This document shows positions 1 through 10,551 of a DNA stretch of 64,000 nucleotides, piece by piece; positions within the stretch are counted from its first letter, which is position 1; every line of letters begins with the position of its first letter. The notes under the pieces are model-generated. The model was not told the origin of the DNA and ran no database searches. It saw only the letters and a program-made list of their open reading frames with translations. The translations under genes were made by a program, and so were the position numbers. This DNA comes from Dipteris shenzhenensis. Lineage: Eukaryota. Where the stretch lies: NCBI GenBank assembly GCA_047967505.1, contig CM106538.1; one strand, written 5' to 3'.

Positions 1-283
1 AAAACACAAAAAAGCACAAATTATACATGTACATATACGTTCATATGCACACATTAACACATATCAAATGCACATGTAGATAGAGACATACACACTCAAA
101 AATGACCAAAGTATCAACACACATGTGCAAGTGCATAGGCACATCATGACATGTGTCAGAGGCAAACATACACATGTACACTTATATGAGCATACATACA
201 CTTGAGCGTGTTTGCACATGTAATGTATGCACTGTGTGGGTATACACACGTGTATATTTATGCATATAGCAATGAGTTTCCAC

Positions 284-286
<3 letters not shown>

Positions 287-318
<32 letters not shown>
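287..318. repeat. (GA)n microsatellite. Similar tracts at about 44533-44588, 45840-45874, 46472-46511, 51496-51535, 61787-61812 and 63732-63753
   Basis: Dinucleotide runs read directly from the sequence. Confidence 0.95.
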
Positions 319-323
<5 letters not shown>

Positions 324-642
324 GAACCAAAAGAGTTTTCCTCAAGTAAAAGCAATGAACCTAGATCCAATTTGAAAACACAATAAAAAGCATTCGAATA
401 TTTATAAATAAAGTCTCAAATTGTATTCCTTGAAATTAAAGGCAACCTAGGGTCTCAATGTTGAGACCTTGCAAGTGACTAAGGAGTCCTAGACATGCTA
501 TATCATCAATTCTTCATACACAACTATATATACACAAGAAATTTGGGACCATGTGACAAACTCATATGGGAACAGGTCCCAAGAAATCAGGTCCCAAATT
601 TCTTGTTATGTTAGAGATCCCTTGCAATCTCTGTTTGTCACA

Positions 643-894
643 TAACAGCAAGGGAGCTCTGTTCCTGCAAACGGTATTTACGACTACTTCTGTCGAATCG
701 GAATTTACTTATACAACCACTGGCATTTGCTGCTGCGCAACATTGGTAGCCTGATTACTAGCCGTGGAGCTGCCTAGTTCCTCACGTTTGCTTAAAGCTT
801 TGATTACGTTAATCGTGTCGGAATGTTCTGCAGCGGATTTTTGCAAGGAGCGTATATATTGGATTGCGGCATCTAGAAGGCTACACCTGTCGAG
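643..894 (-). pseudogene. bHLH exon 2 (helix 2 and start of an ACT-like domain, with a TAA at 709-711)
   Basis: Acceptor AAAG|CTC at 895/894 gives the in-frame LDRCSLLDAAIQYIRSLQK, a typical helix 2. Past the TAA the frame continues VNSDSTEVVVNTVCRNRAPLLL, resembling the ACT-like domain of plant bHLHs, and then breaks at about 643. Confidence 0.7.
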
Positions 895-1080
895 CTTTTG
901 CCATCACAATATACAGCAAAAATATATAAGTCTGGGTCAGCCTCGGCGGTCCGATCTAATCTTTGACAGCAAGCTTATCAAAACATTCAAGCGCGTTCTC
1001 GTGCCTAGATCTTTGTGTGGTCTATCTCACAGAGTGGGTGAGATGGTGATTTAGGACGAAACAATGGAAGATTGTCATAC

Positions 1081-1515
1081 CCTTTGCGATTGTTCCTGTG
1101 GCAACATTATCTCCAACCTAGAGAACAATCTGTTTATATTTTCGCGTCGCAAGCTTTCCTTGACTACACGGTCTCTATGACAAGCATCTCTCCGGCTCAA
1201 AAGTCCTTGTCCTTCTTCAACGGAATCACAGGAAATCACATGTTGTCCCTCCGAGGGCCCACCGATTTCTTGAATCTGGCTTCTAGTTGGATGCAGATAA
1301 CTTAGCCCAAGATGAGAGGAAATCACATGTTGTCCCTCCGAGGGCCCACCGATTTCTTGAATCTGGCTTCTAGTTGGATGTAGATAACTGCGCAAGATGA
1401 GAGGGCGGCTGCGATCGAAGTGTGAGGGCGAGGAAGTCTCGAAGGCGTGAGGGGAAGGGTAAGGACAAAAGACGGAAGGAGAGGAAGTAGAGCTGTGAAA
1501 GACGGGGTTGATCAT
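1081..1515 (-). pseudogene. bHLH transcription factor, exon 1 (N-terminus, basic region, helix 1)
   Basis: ATG at 1515. The translation ends ...HRDRVVKESLRRENINRLFSRLEIMLPQEQSQR, which matches the bHLH basic/helix-1 pattern (E-x-x-RR-x-x-IN-x-x-F-x-x-L-x-x-x-LP). It is followed by a phase-0 donor AGG|GTATGA at 1081/1080. Confidence 0.75.
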
Positions 1516-4500
1516 GGGCGATATCTGGGGAGAGAGGAGACCAGGGCGGGAGGGAATTAGGAGATGGGAGAAGCAGTAGAAGCTCGTCGACAGAGGCCAT
1601 GCAGGACGTAAGGAGAAGATGGCAACTGGGCATTAAACTTGTAAAACGCCAGGAGAAGCTGGGCGATGTAATTACTATGGACTGTCAATTGTTGCCATGC
1701 GGGTGAGAGTCTGGGGAGAGAGGAGACCAGGGCGGGAGGATGGGAGAAGCAGTAGAAGCTCGTCGACAGAGGCCATGGAGAAGATGGCAACTCGGCATTT
1801 AAACAGCAAGGAGAAGCTGGGCGATGTAATTTCTATGGACTGTCAATTGTTGCTACGTACGACCTACAGAGTGTCAATGTGCTTACTTATGCCAATGTAC
1901 CCCAAAAGAGCCATACAATTAAATGTCGTCGTACCATAGAGTATGTCTCTAAAAGTTCCCAAACGGTCATGCTATATGTACTTCATGCAATTTTTAATTG
2001 TTGCTCTTTACAATCTATATTGTTTGGTTTGACTATCCCTAATGATTGGTGACGAATTAAGCCCTCCTCAAATAAGCATCCCTCAAATAAGCCTCACTCT
2101 ACAGCCTCCTCAAATAAGCCTCCCTTGTGTATAGTACACATTGCATGATAAATATGCCCTTGCACTCAAGACTCAAGTCCATAAGCCTCCCTTGTGTATA
2201 GTACACTTTGCATGATAAATGTGCCCTTGCACTCAAGACTCAAGTCCATATAGTGGGATGGTTGTCGGTGAAAGAAAATAGAAAGAAGAAACAGAAAAGG
2301 TCCCTTTGACACCAGCCATCATACGGCAAAGCTCTTAGGGTCCAATTCTATGAAGCAAGGGAGAATCTTGTTAGGACCTTACGGTCAATTTTGTGAAGCA
2401 ATGAAGAACCTTGTCACACCAACGAAAAATGATCTTTGCAAGCAAATAACCTTCATCATAGTAAGAATGATGTTTGTAGTTCATTTCATTCAGAAGCTAA
2501 ACAATACACATCACCAAGATCTACAACTCCTTTCACACATTCAAAACTTGGGGGGTTCATTATAAGTAATTCCCCTATATCACGTTTGTTCAAGGCCTAA
2601 TGTAAAACATCCTAATCCATGAATTTTTCATGAATGAAACACACCCTTTTTCTATTCAATCTGTGAATAGACCCTTTAAATGGTACCCTCTTTTATGAGT
2701 GATCTCCTTGTCAAGTTTTGTCGATTCTTGTGAAATCAAAACAAAAGGGTTACACAAACCTTTGCCAATAGTGAAAATGTTATGCAAATATGCCTTTCTA
2801 TTCAAAGACATCTTGCCTTACCCTATTTTACTAGTTACCTAAATAAAGGAAACCGTATTTCCTTGCAACCATTGCACTGGTATTATAAAGTTAACACAAA
2901 AGAGATTATATCCAACAAGGATAACAACTCAGCCATTACTGAGAGCCTCTTAAACAAAAGAGATTACATCCAAAGACATTTTTTATGATAATAATATTTT
3001 ATTTGGATCATAATTAAGGGCTTGTTTTCTCATAACCTAGGCTAAGCATGCAACTCTAGCCACCCCTCTTAATAGTAAAAATACAAATTTTGAGTTTTTC
3101 AACATCATGGAAATATACTAAAGTTGAAACAAAAGATATGATAGTTTTTGTGATAATAGTAATGTATTAGTGTTGAAACAAAAGATACTACATTTGGCAA
3201 AATCCCTAGGAAGTCCTTTTACCTCCTTGTCAAACCAAGCACATGCTATCACGCAGGTGTGATGTAATCAAACATGTCCAATTGGAGATGAGATATGGTG
3301 AGGAAGGCTTAGGGCAGGCAAGTCGAGGGCTCCTTATGTGAGAAAGTCACATTCAAATAGGTCCAAGGAGGACATCTGCAATGATCCAAAGAGTGCATAA
3401 AGTAGCAAAAAGTGACACAATACCACATGCAAAGGAGAGGTTCTTCACATTTAGGGACTGGTGGCATGTGAGTACTCTACACATGTGTATCAAGTATGTG
3501 TGCTACATTTTCTTTTGTAATTTTTACTCTGGTTTGAATACATTGTTTTTCTCATAGCACTTCATCTCATTTCAGTGGTTGGAAAATATCCCACAGATAA
3601 GGAGTATGACTATGCATTGAAGAATGGTACATAGGCTCTCTCTTAACAAGATGAATTGCAAGGGGTTCCTATCAGCAGTTGGATGCAAGTTGCACACTCT
3701 GTAAGTCTCCAATCCTCCTTGTTCTCAATCATCTTTAATCAGATTTTAAAACTCAATCTTTACTTATAATCCCCAAATTGTTACATGCAACATTCTTAGG
3801 AAAAGAGCCAAATTGAGGATTCAGGTGAGGGCAGGGAGGATCTTGGGGGTGCAGTAATAAGAAATCCTAGGTATCACGTGTGTTTAAGGGGTATTTAAAA
3901 GACCCCTCAACTAAAAGTTTTCCCTCAATAACACCACCCCCAAAAAACCTTTTTTATCTAAAGTTCGATTTAAAAGCCCTCCTGTTATTGTAATCCTGTT
4001 GAATTCTTCTCAAAAGTGGGATCAAAATATCCCTCCTTTTGAATGCGCATGGTACACTAAAATTTTTGGAGATGAACCCCCCAAGGGAAGAGACCTAACT
4101 AGATATGCAAGTGAGGAACACGGAAGAGATGACATGAGACTCGCTTAGATGAGGAGGACAAGGAGGAGGAAGACTATGAGAATGTGTAGATTTATCTTAC
4201 ATATAGCTATATTTACTTATGCTTTTTGTAGTGCATGATGCTAACATTCTTGTAATGTAGCTACATATTGCACAATACTATATATGGAACATGAAATTGA
4301 TTTTGGTATTCAATTATAGCAGAGTAAAATGGGGGTGAATGAACCCTCGCCCCCAATATGCTACACAAAAATTTTAAAAAAACTTGGGAACATAGTGTCA
4401 TTGCCCAATGTGTATATTGACGTTTGTATCCCCACACAAATATTGAGGTTGTCAATTTCCTATAGAATCTTTCAAGCCATGACACATATACCAATGGGTA

Positions 4501-4716
4501 TCTTTTGAAGGACATACCAATACCTATATCGACACTTTCACACTTAGACGAAAAATATTTGCAATTTATTTTGTGTCAGAATATTGGTTGAAAAGCTACG
4601 TGTACCTTGTATCAAGACTAGTACTAGCTCAACAATCTCACTAGCCCCTCTATAGCAAGTTCCCTCTACATGGGTCCTAGTCATCCTTGTGATGCACAAC
4701 AACAAAATGCATCCAT

Positions 4717-5993
4717 TGTAAAGAGAGTGGGAGAGAAGGAAGGAGTCTCACTTGCATCTTTCTCACATACACAAATGGGGGAATATACACAAAGGTGGAG
4801 GCTGAAAACAGTTTTCCTCTTCTTAGTTGTGAAAGCCAAAAGAACTCTAAGTACAAAAGAATAGGTGAACCCTATATGTGGGTCTCAAACTAAACTCAAC
4901 TAACTAAGGTGGCATACTAACTGAGCCACTAACTAGAGTACATAAAGATATCTGTCATCCAGCTATTATTCATGGGCGGTGTACCAACCGCATCTGCAGC
5001 TAACAAGTCGGTGACATAAATGCACAACGGTCACCCTGGCATATCACAAGTGGAGCTCGATATCTCAACACTCCCCCTCGAGCTCAATCCCAATTCCGGC
5101 ACACCAAGCAGGTCTCTCCACCTACGCAGCTTCTCTGTGCCCAATGCCTTTGTGAATCTGTCAGCTACCTGATCCTCTGTGCTGACATAAACTAGATCAA
5201 TAAAACCTACTAGAACCTTCTCCCACACATAGTGATAATGCACCTCAATGCACTTAGCATGATAGACTGGGTTATTTGCCAAGTGTATACTGCTCATGTT
5301 GTCACAATAAATGACAACTGGCCCATCCGTAGATTGATGCATATCATAAAGTAGCTTATGCAACCAAGCTACCTCACATGCAGTCATTGCTGCACTCCTA
5401 TACTCAGCTTCTATGCTCAACAAGGCAACTATAGGCTGTTTCTTGCTGCTCCAAGTGACTGCAGCCCTCCCAAAAGAGAACATATATCCACTTGTAGATC
5501 GTCTATCAAAAATACTACTAGCCCAATCAACATTAATGTATCCATGCAACTGTATCTAAACCCCAGTCTTATAAAATAGTCCATACTACAATGTGGACTT
5601 CACATACCTCAATATGCATCTAGGCACAACCAAATGTGGTTTCCTTGGAGCTTGCATAAACTAACTTACCAAACCAATAGCATAGCTCAAATCTGGCCTG
5701 GTAATAGTCATATAAATCAAACTTCCTACTATGCGTCTGTACATAGTAGGGTCTTCCAGAAGCTCACCGGCATCTGCGCTCAACTTCACATTCTGCTCCA
5801 AAGGAACTGAAATAGGCTTACAGCTTGTCATCCCATATTTGGACTGCATGTCCAATCCATACTGCCTCTGCAAGAGCCATATCCCACTTGTGGATCTAAT
5901 CACCTCAATGCCCAAGAAGTAACGCAGCTCTCCCAAATCCTTCATCTCAAACTTCTGCTTCAATAGCATTTTCACATGAAGGATATCTTCATC
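4717..5993 (-). mobile_element. Truncated Ty1/copia (element A): 3' LTR 4717-5070, PPT, RNase H and RT C-terminus. Same family as 18613-24131
   Basis: TG...CA LTR nearly collinear with 18613-18965. RNase H motifs DWAS..DRRSTSGY, SKKQ and EDQVAD are present. Homology to element C stops at about 5993. Confidence 0.92.
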
Positions 5994-7649
5994 GATAATT
6001 TACTTAAGACTTCATCGTATATTATCATATATCTCCATAAGTTACATTACCATATGTATCCAAAAGAGTATTCATATACCAAATTTGTGTCCAAAAGAGT
6101 GTTTCTGTACAGTAAAATTTATCTCTAGAAGAGTTATCATATATAAAAATTCTCGCGAAAATAGTAATCTTAAACAAAATTTATCTCCAAAAGAGAGATT
6201 CTCCAAAAATTCCAAAAGAGGGGAGGAGGTCTACTGCTCCGCAAGTACTTTCCTCCTCCTCACTGCTCGACGGGTCACTCGGGACCTCATCTTCCTTTTC
6301 CTCTAATATATAGTTATTCTCTTCTTGGACTATGTACTCGTGCTCCTAGAAGATGTCTACACATATCATTATGTCTCTGATAGTGTCCTCCTTGTTGCTC
6401 AAAGCGGTCTCTCCAAAGCTTGTGGAGATCCCATAGGTTGTTTCATGTCTCCCTCACAAGACGCCGCTCCATATGCGATCGTTCTGGACCCCACTCATGC
6501 CGCACGTGCATGCCCTTTGATGTTAAACTTTATCCAATGTGCATCATGTGCAATCTTTTCTACTACATGTGATAGCAAAGTTTGGATATCCCGAATGACA
6601 ACAACATGGGGAACCGGGTTGGAGTTTACGGAAGATTATCGTGCAGGAGGGCGTTCCATTTTTAATGTGTTTGAAACGAAACAATCGAATATGGGCATAT
6701 ACAACACTTTACAAATCATATCAGGGCACTCATTCAAGATCTTTGAAAGAATTCAAGGTACAAACAAGCTACATTCACATTCACTTCTATTCAAAAAATT
6801 ATATATATCACACAAGCCAATTTATTTCAAAAAGATAAGTCTAGGAAACTTTATTGCATCCACTCTCCTTTATTCCACAATCTACGCCAATCACATTCCC
6901 TATCACCCCATCCGCTTTATCCTCCTCAACTTTTGTATGTTTGATTCTTTATTTTTTCCCTCTCTGGTTCATCCTCCCTCAATTTTTAAAGTCTCCCCTC
7001 CGCTCTTCTTTGTCTCACACCACTCCCCTGCTATATTTCTTCACACCACTCCCTTCTCGTCATTTCACTCCTTCCACTTTGCTACTTTTAATCGCTCTCT
7101 TGTCACTTCCTTCTCATCGCTCCTTTCTAATCACTCTCTCTCTGCTACTCCCAATGGCCCCTAGTGAAAAGCTCTGATAGCATACTTGGAGGAGCTGTAC
7201 CGTCAACATTACGATATAAATGATGGGGAGGTACATGTATAATCGCTCCCTAGGACACATCTATGTCCCTCTACACACGCCGAGGGCAAGGATTATTCCA
7301 ACTAGGATAAGACCGATTGCGAGATCCTGGAGGATTCTATTGAGGAGATGATGAGCTACATCCAAGATGAAGGCAACACGCCCAAGGAGAGTCCTTGGGC
7401 TAAGGAGCAAAATAAAAAATAGGTTAAGAACAAGAGATGACAAAGGAGAGGGTAGCACTTCATCAAAGGCCAAACAATGAAGAATACAATTATAGTTTAT
7501 AAAATACTCTGATTTGGAGAATGTAATTATAGTTTCTAGTATGTGAGAGGGAGCCCTCTCTTGGATATTTGTTGTAACCCCTCTTGGATATTTGTTATGC
7601 TCTATGATGAGATTATGTTGTATCCCTCTCCTTGTTATCTGTTATGCTG

Positions 7650-8370
7650 TATGAAAATAAAAGAAAGAGCATGGGGAGAAAGAAGATGTGAAAATAAGAG
7701 AAAGGGGAAAGAGAGGAGTGAATGAAAAGAGAGGATGGAAGAGTAAAAGAGAGGGCAAAAGAGAGGAGAAGAGAGGAAATAAGAAAAGAGAGGAGAAGAG
7801 AGGGGAAAGAGAGGGAGGAGAAAGAGAGTGGAAAAGAGATGGGCAAGAGAGGGAGGGAAACGAGAGAGAGAGAAAATAAGAGAGAAAGAGAGGGGATAAA
7901 GAGGATGTGAAAATAAGAGAAAGGGAAAAGAGAGGAGGGAAGGAAAAGAGAGGATGGAAGAGGAAAAGAGAGGGGAAAAGAGGGGAGAAGAAAGGAAATA
8001 AGAGAAGAGAGGAGAAGAGAGGGGAAAGAGAGGGAGGGGAAAAGAGAGGGGAAAGAGAGGGAGGGAAAAGAGAGAAAAGAGTGGAAATAAGAGAGAAAGA
8101 CAGGGGGGAGAAAGAGGATGTGAAAATAAGAGAAAGGGGAAAGAGTGGAGGGAAGGAAAAGAGAGGATGAAAGAGGAAAAGAGAGGAGACAAAGAGGGGC
8201 AAAAAGACAAGCTCGAGGGGAGAAGAGTGGAAATAAGAGAAGAGAGGAGAAGAGAGGGGAAATAAGAGAGGAAAAGAGGGAAGAAAAGAGAGGAGAAAAG
8301 AGAGGATGGAAGAGGAAAAGAGAGGGGAAAAAGATGGAGGGAAAAGAGAGAAAAGAGAGGAAATAAGAGA
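7650..8370 (+). repeat. Almost pure purine (GA-rich) tract of about 720 bp with a higher-order unit of about 215 bp
   Basis: The anchor ATGTGAAAATAAGAGAAAGGG recurs near 7687, 7905 and 8118, and pyrimidines are very rare. Confidence 0.9.
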
Positions 8371-8791
8371 CCAACGTGGTCAATCCAGCAGTAATCGAGG
8401 GAATTCTCGAGGTAGAGGAAATCATCGTGGTGGACATTCCAGTCACAGTCATTTTGCAAATGAACATGGAAATATGTTTCTTGCAAGCGAGGAATTGCAT
8501 CAGACTGATACAGTGTACCTAGACAACTGATTTCAATCCCAAAGAGGATTACAGCTATCAAGTCAACCAAGTGGAACATGATCCTTGGTACATCGACAGC
8601 GGTGCATCATCTCACATGACAAATCATCAGGAATGGTTCACAGAGATGAAACCATTAGAAGGTCAAAAAAATGTCATCTGCACACAGCAGATAATACACC
8701 AAATCCAATTCAAAGGACAGGTGTTATCCCTATGAATAATTTCAATGGTACAAAAGGATCAGTGAAAGATGTGCTCTATGTTCCGAAGCTC
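8369..8791 (+). mobile_element. Copia gag-protease fragment of the element E family
   Basis: Collinear with about 27926-28351 and encodes the protease motif PWYIDSGASSHMT. Confidence 0.9.
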
Positions 8792-9056
8792 TAATGCCAT
8801 GACAAAATATGAAGAGGGGAGAGGAGAAGAGTGGAGATGAGGAGAGAGGGCACAGCTAGAGAGCACACCACAAATGACTAACTGTACACTAGATTTAGTT
8901 GAAAAAATAAAATATATACAAACCATTTTAGGGTTAGGGTTAGGGGATCTAACCCTTTCCTTTATAGCACTCTATAAGAGTAGTGCTATGCACATATGAT
9001 CATGTGATGGTGCTATGCACACATGATCACATGATGTTGAGTGTGAACTCTCAATA
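8786..9056 (-). mobile_element. Element E family LTR (8800-9056) with a degenerate PBS, inverted relative to the adjacent internal fragment
   Basis: Reverse complement of LTR 36843-37099. GCTCTAATGCCA immediately before it resembles the PBS complement GCTCTGATACCA. Confidence 0.9.
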
Positions 9057-9399
9057 GGTGAGTGGGTGTTTGAAGGGATTTAGGGGGGATTTAGGCCCTA
9101 GGGTATTTGGTGAAAGAGAGGGGATTAGGGGGTTTGAGGGAATTTAAGAAAAGACAGAGGATTAGGAGGTTTGAGTGAATTTGGGGATTTGGGGGATTTG
9201 GGTGTTTGGCTTGACTTGGGGGGATGGTTGTGGATGTGTGCAAGTGGAGAGGATGAGTAGTGACACCTCATTCGACACCTCCTAGGACTTTGGTGTTCCT
9301 TCGTGAGAGATTGCCTTATCCTTGCATGCATTGTAGGCGAGGGGAGTTTCATCAGCACCGTATTGTCCCGCGTCACTTACACATGTATGGAGAGGCATC

Positions 9400-9775
9400 A
9401 CCAAAAGAGGATATTGGTTGACATGCTAGTGCATCATAGGTAAACCAATAATATTTGAATGATTCATGGATATTTATATTGCATGTCCTTGTTTCACACA
9501 TTCACCTTGCGTCATTATATTATACACGATGAGGAGAGCACCGAGGGAGAACATGCACCACCACCAGAGTTTAATCAAGATGATCTTAAGGATGATCCTC
9601 TAGAGAAGGACGAGGGTATGGAGGACATGATGGATTCTTTTTTTGGAGGCACCATGGGAGATGGGGGTGAGATGTCTGAGCATGAGACTGTGATGCGAGA
9701 TTTGGCATCAACACTATTGTATGATGGTGCGAGGATGTCAAAACTACGAGCTTGCCTCTTGATCTTGAGCTTGGT
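9400..9775 (+). mobile_element. CACTA/En-Spm transposase (TnpD-like) N-terminal remnant
   Basis: HYIIHDE, an acidic linker, and MRDLASTLLYDGARMSKLRACLLIL resemble the (W)xxHGE...PLYxGxxxSKL pattern found before the CACTA transposase core. Confidence 0.55.
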
Positions 9776-10551
9776 CGACATGGCCCATAGTCTTGGTGAA
9801 CTACAATATCCTGCCTTGGCTAAGAATAAAGAAGGGACACCTCATGCTTGCCCTACTTGTATGTGTACATGGCACCCTAGATCGAGGAGCTGTAGACCCT
9901 ATGGAGGGGAATACATATCCTTGATATTTCTAGAGCCCTGAGGCGAGCTGCAAAAATGTGCATCAGGGGAATTTTGGTGTGGACCATGCACGATTTGGGG
10001 AGTGTGCAAGTACGTGCTTTTTCATGCCTATTGATACCTTTATGATTCTATTGTGGTGTGATCTATGCATATCCAATGACCTCTCGAGGGGGCATGGGGG
10101 TGCTTTTAAACACATGTGTGAGCCTTTTTCCTTACATATTGACATCCCTTCTCTGACTTTTGGGGGTAATAATAAAATACATCTTTGTAAATGTAACTAA
10201 TAGATATTTCTACTTTGTAACACTCCTAATGTAAATTTACTCAATCACCATTGCATAACACACGATGGTTGCTACTCAAAATATCCATGAAAGTAAGCTA
10301 AGGGATAATCTCCACCATCCCTACATTCACTTAGAAGTGAACAATCCTAAATGCGAAGTGAAAGACAACCAGCATATATAGACTACAAGTTGTATAATGA
10401 TGATATGTACATCTACATTGTGGATACAAGTCCAATAATTGAACCTTAAGGCTAATAACCTTAATCAACAAAACCACAACTCATCTTATAAACAAGGAAG
10501 CATGTCATCATATCAAAGTTAAAAGCAATTATAAATAAATTATGAAACCAT

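Noticed and set aside
2300-4200. Coding-like fragments, including a DVYCL word and an acidic tail near 4150
   Set aside because: Too many stops and no ordered set of motifs
6325-7164. 279-aa plus-strand ORF
   Set aside because: Non-ATG start, no recognisable domain and a pyrimidine-rich low-complexity tail
7613-8579. Long F/L/S/P-rich and R/E/G/K-rich ORFs
   Set aside because: They are by-products of the purine tract, which lacks stop codons
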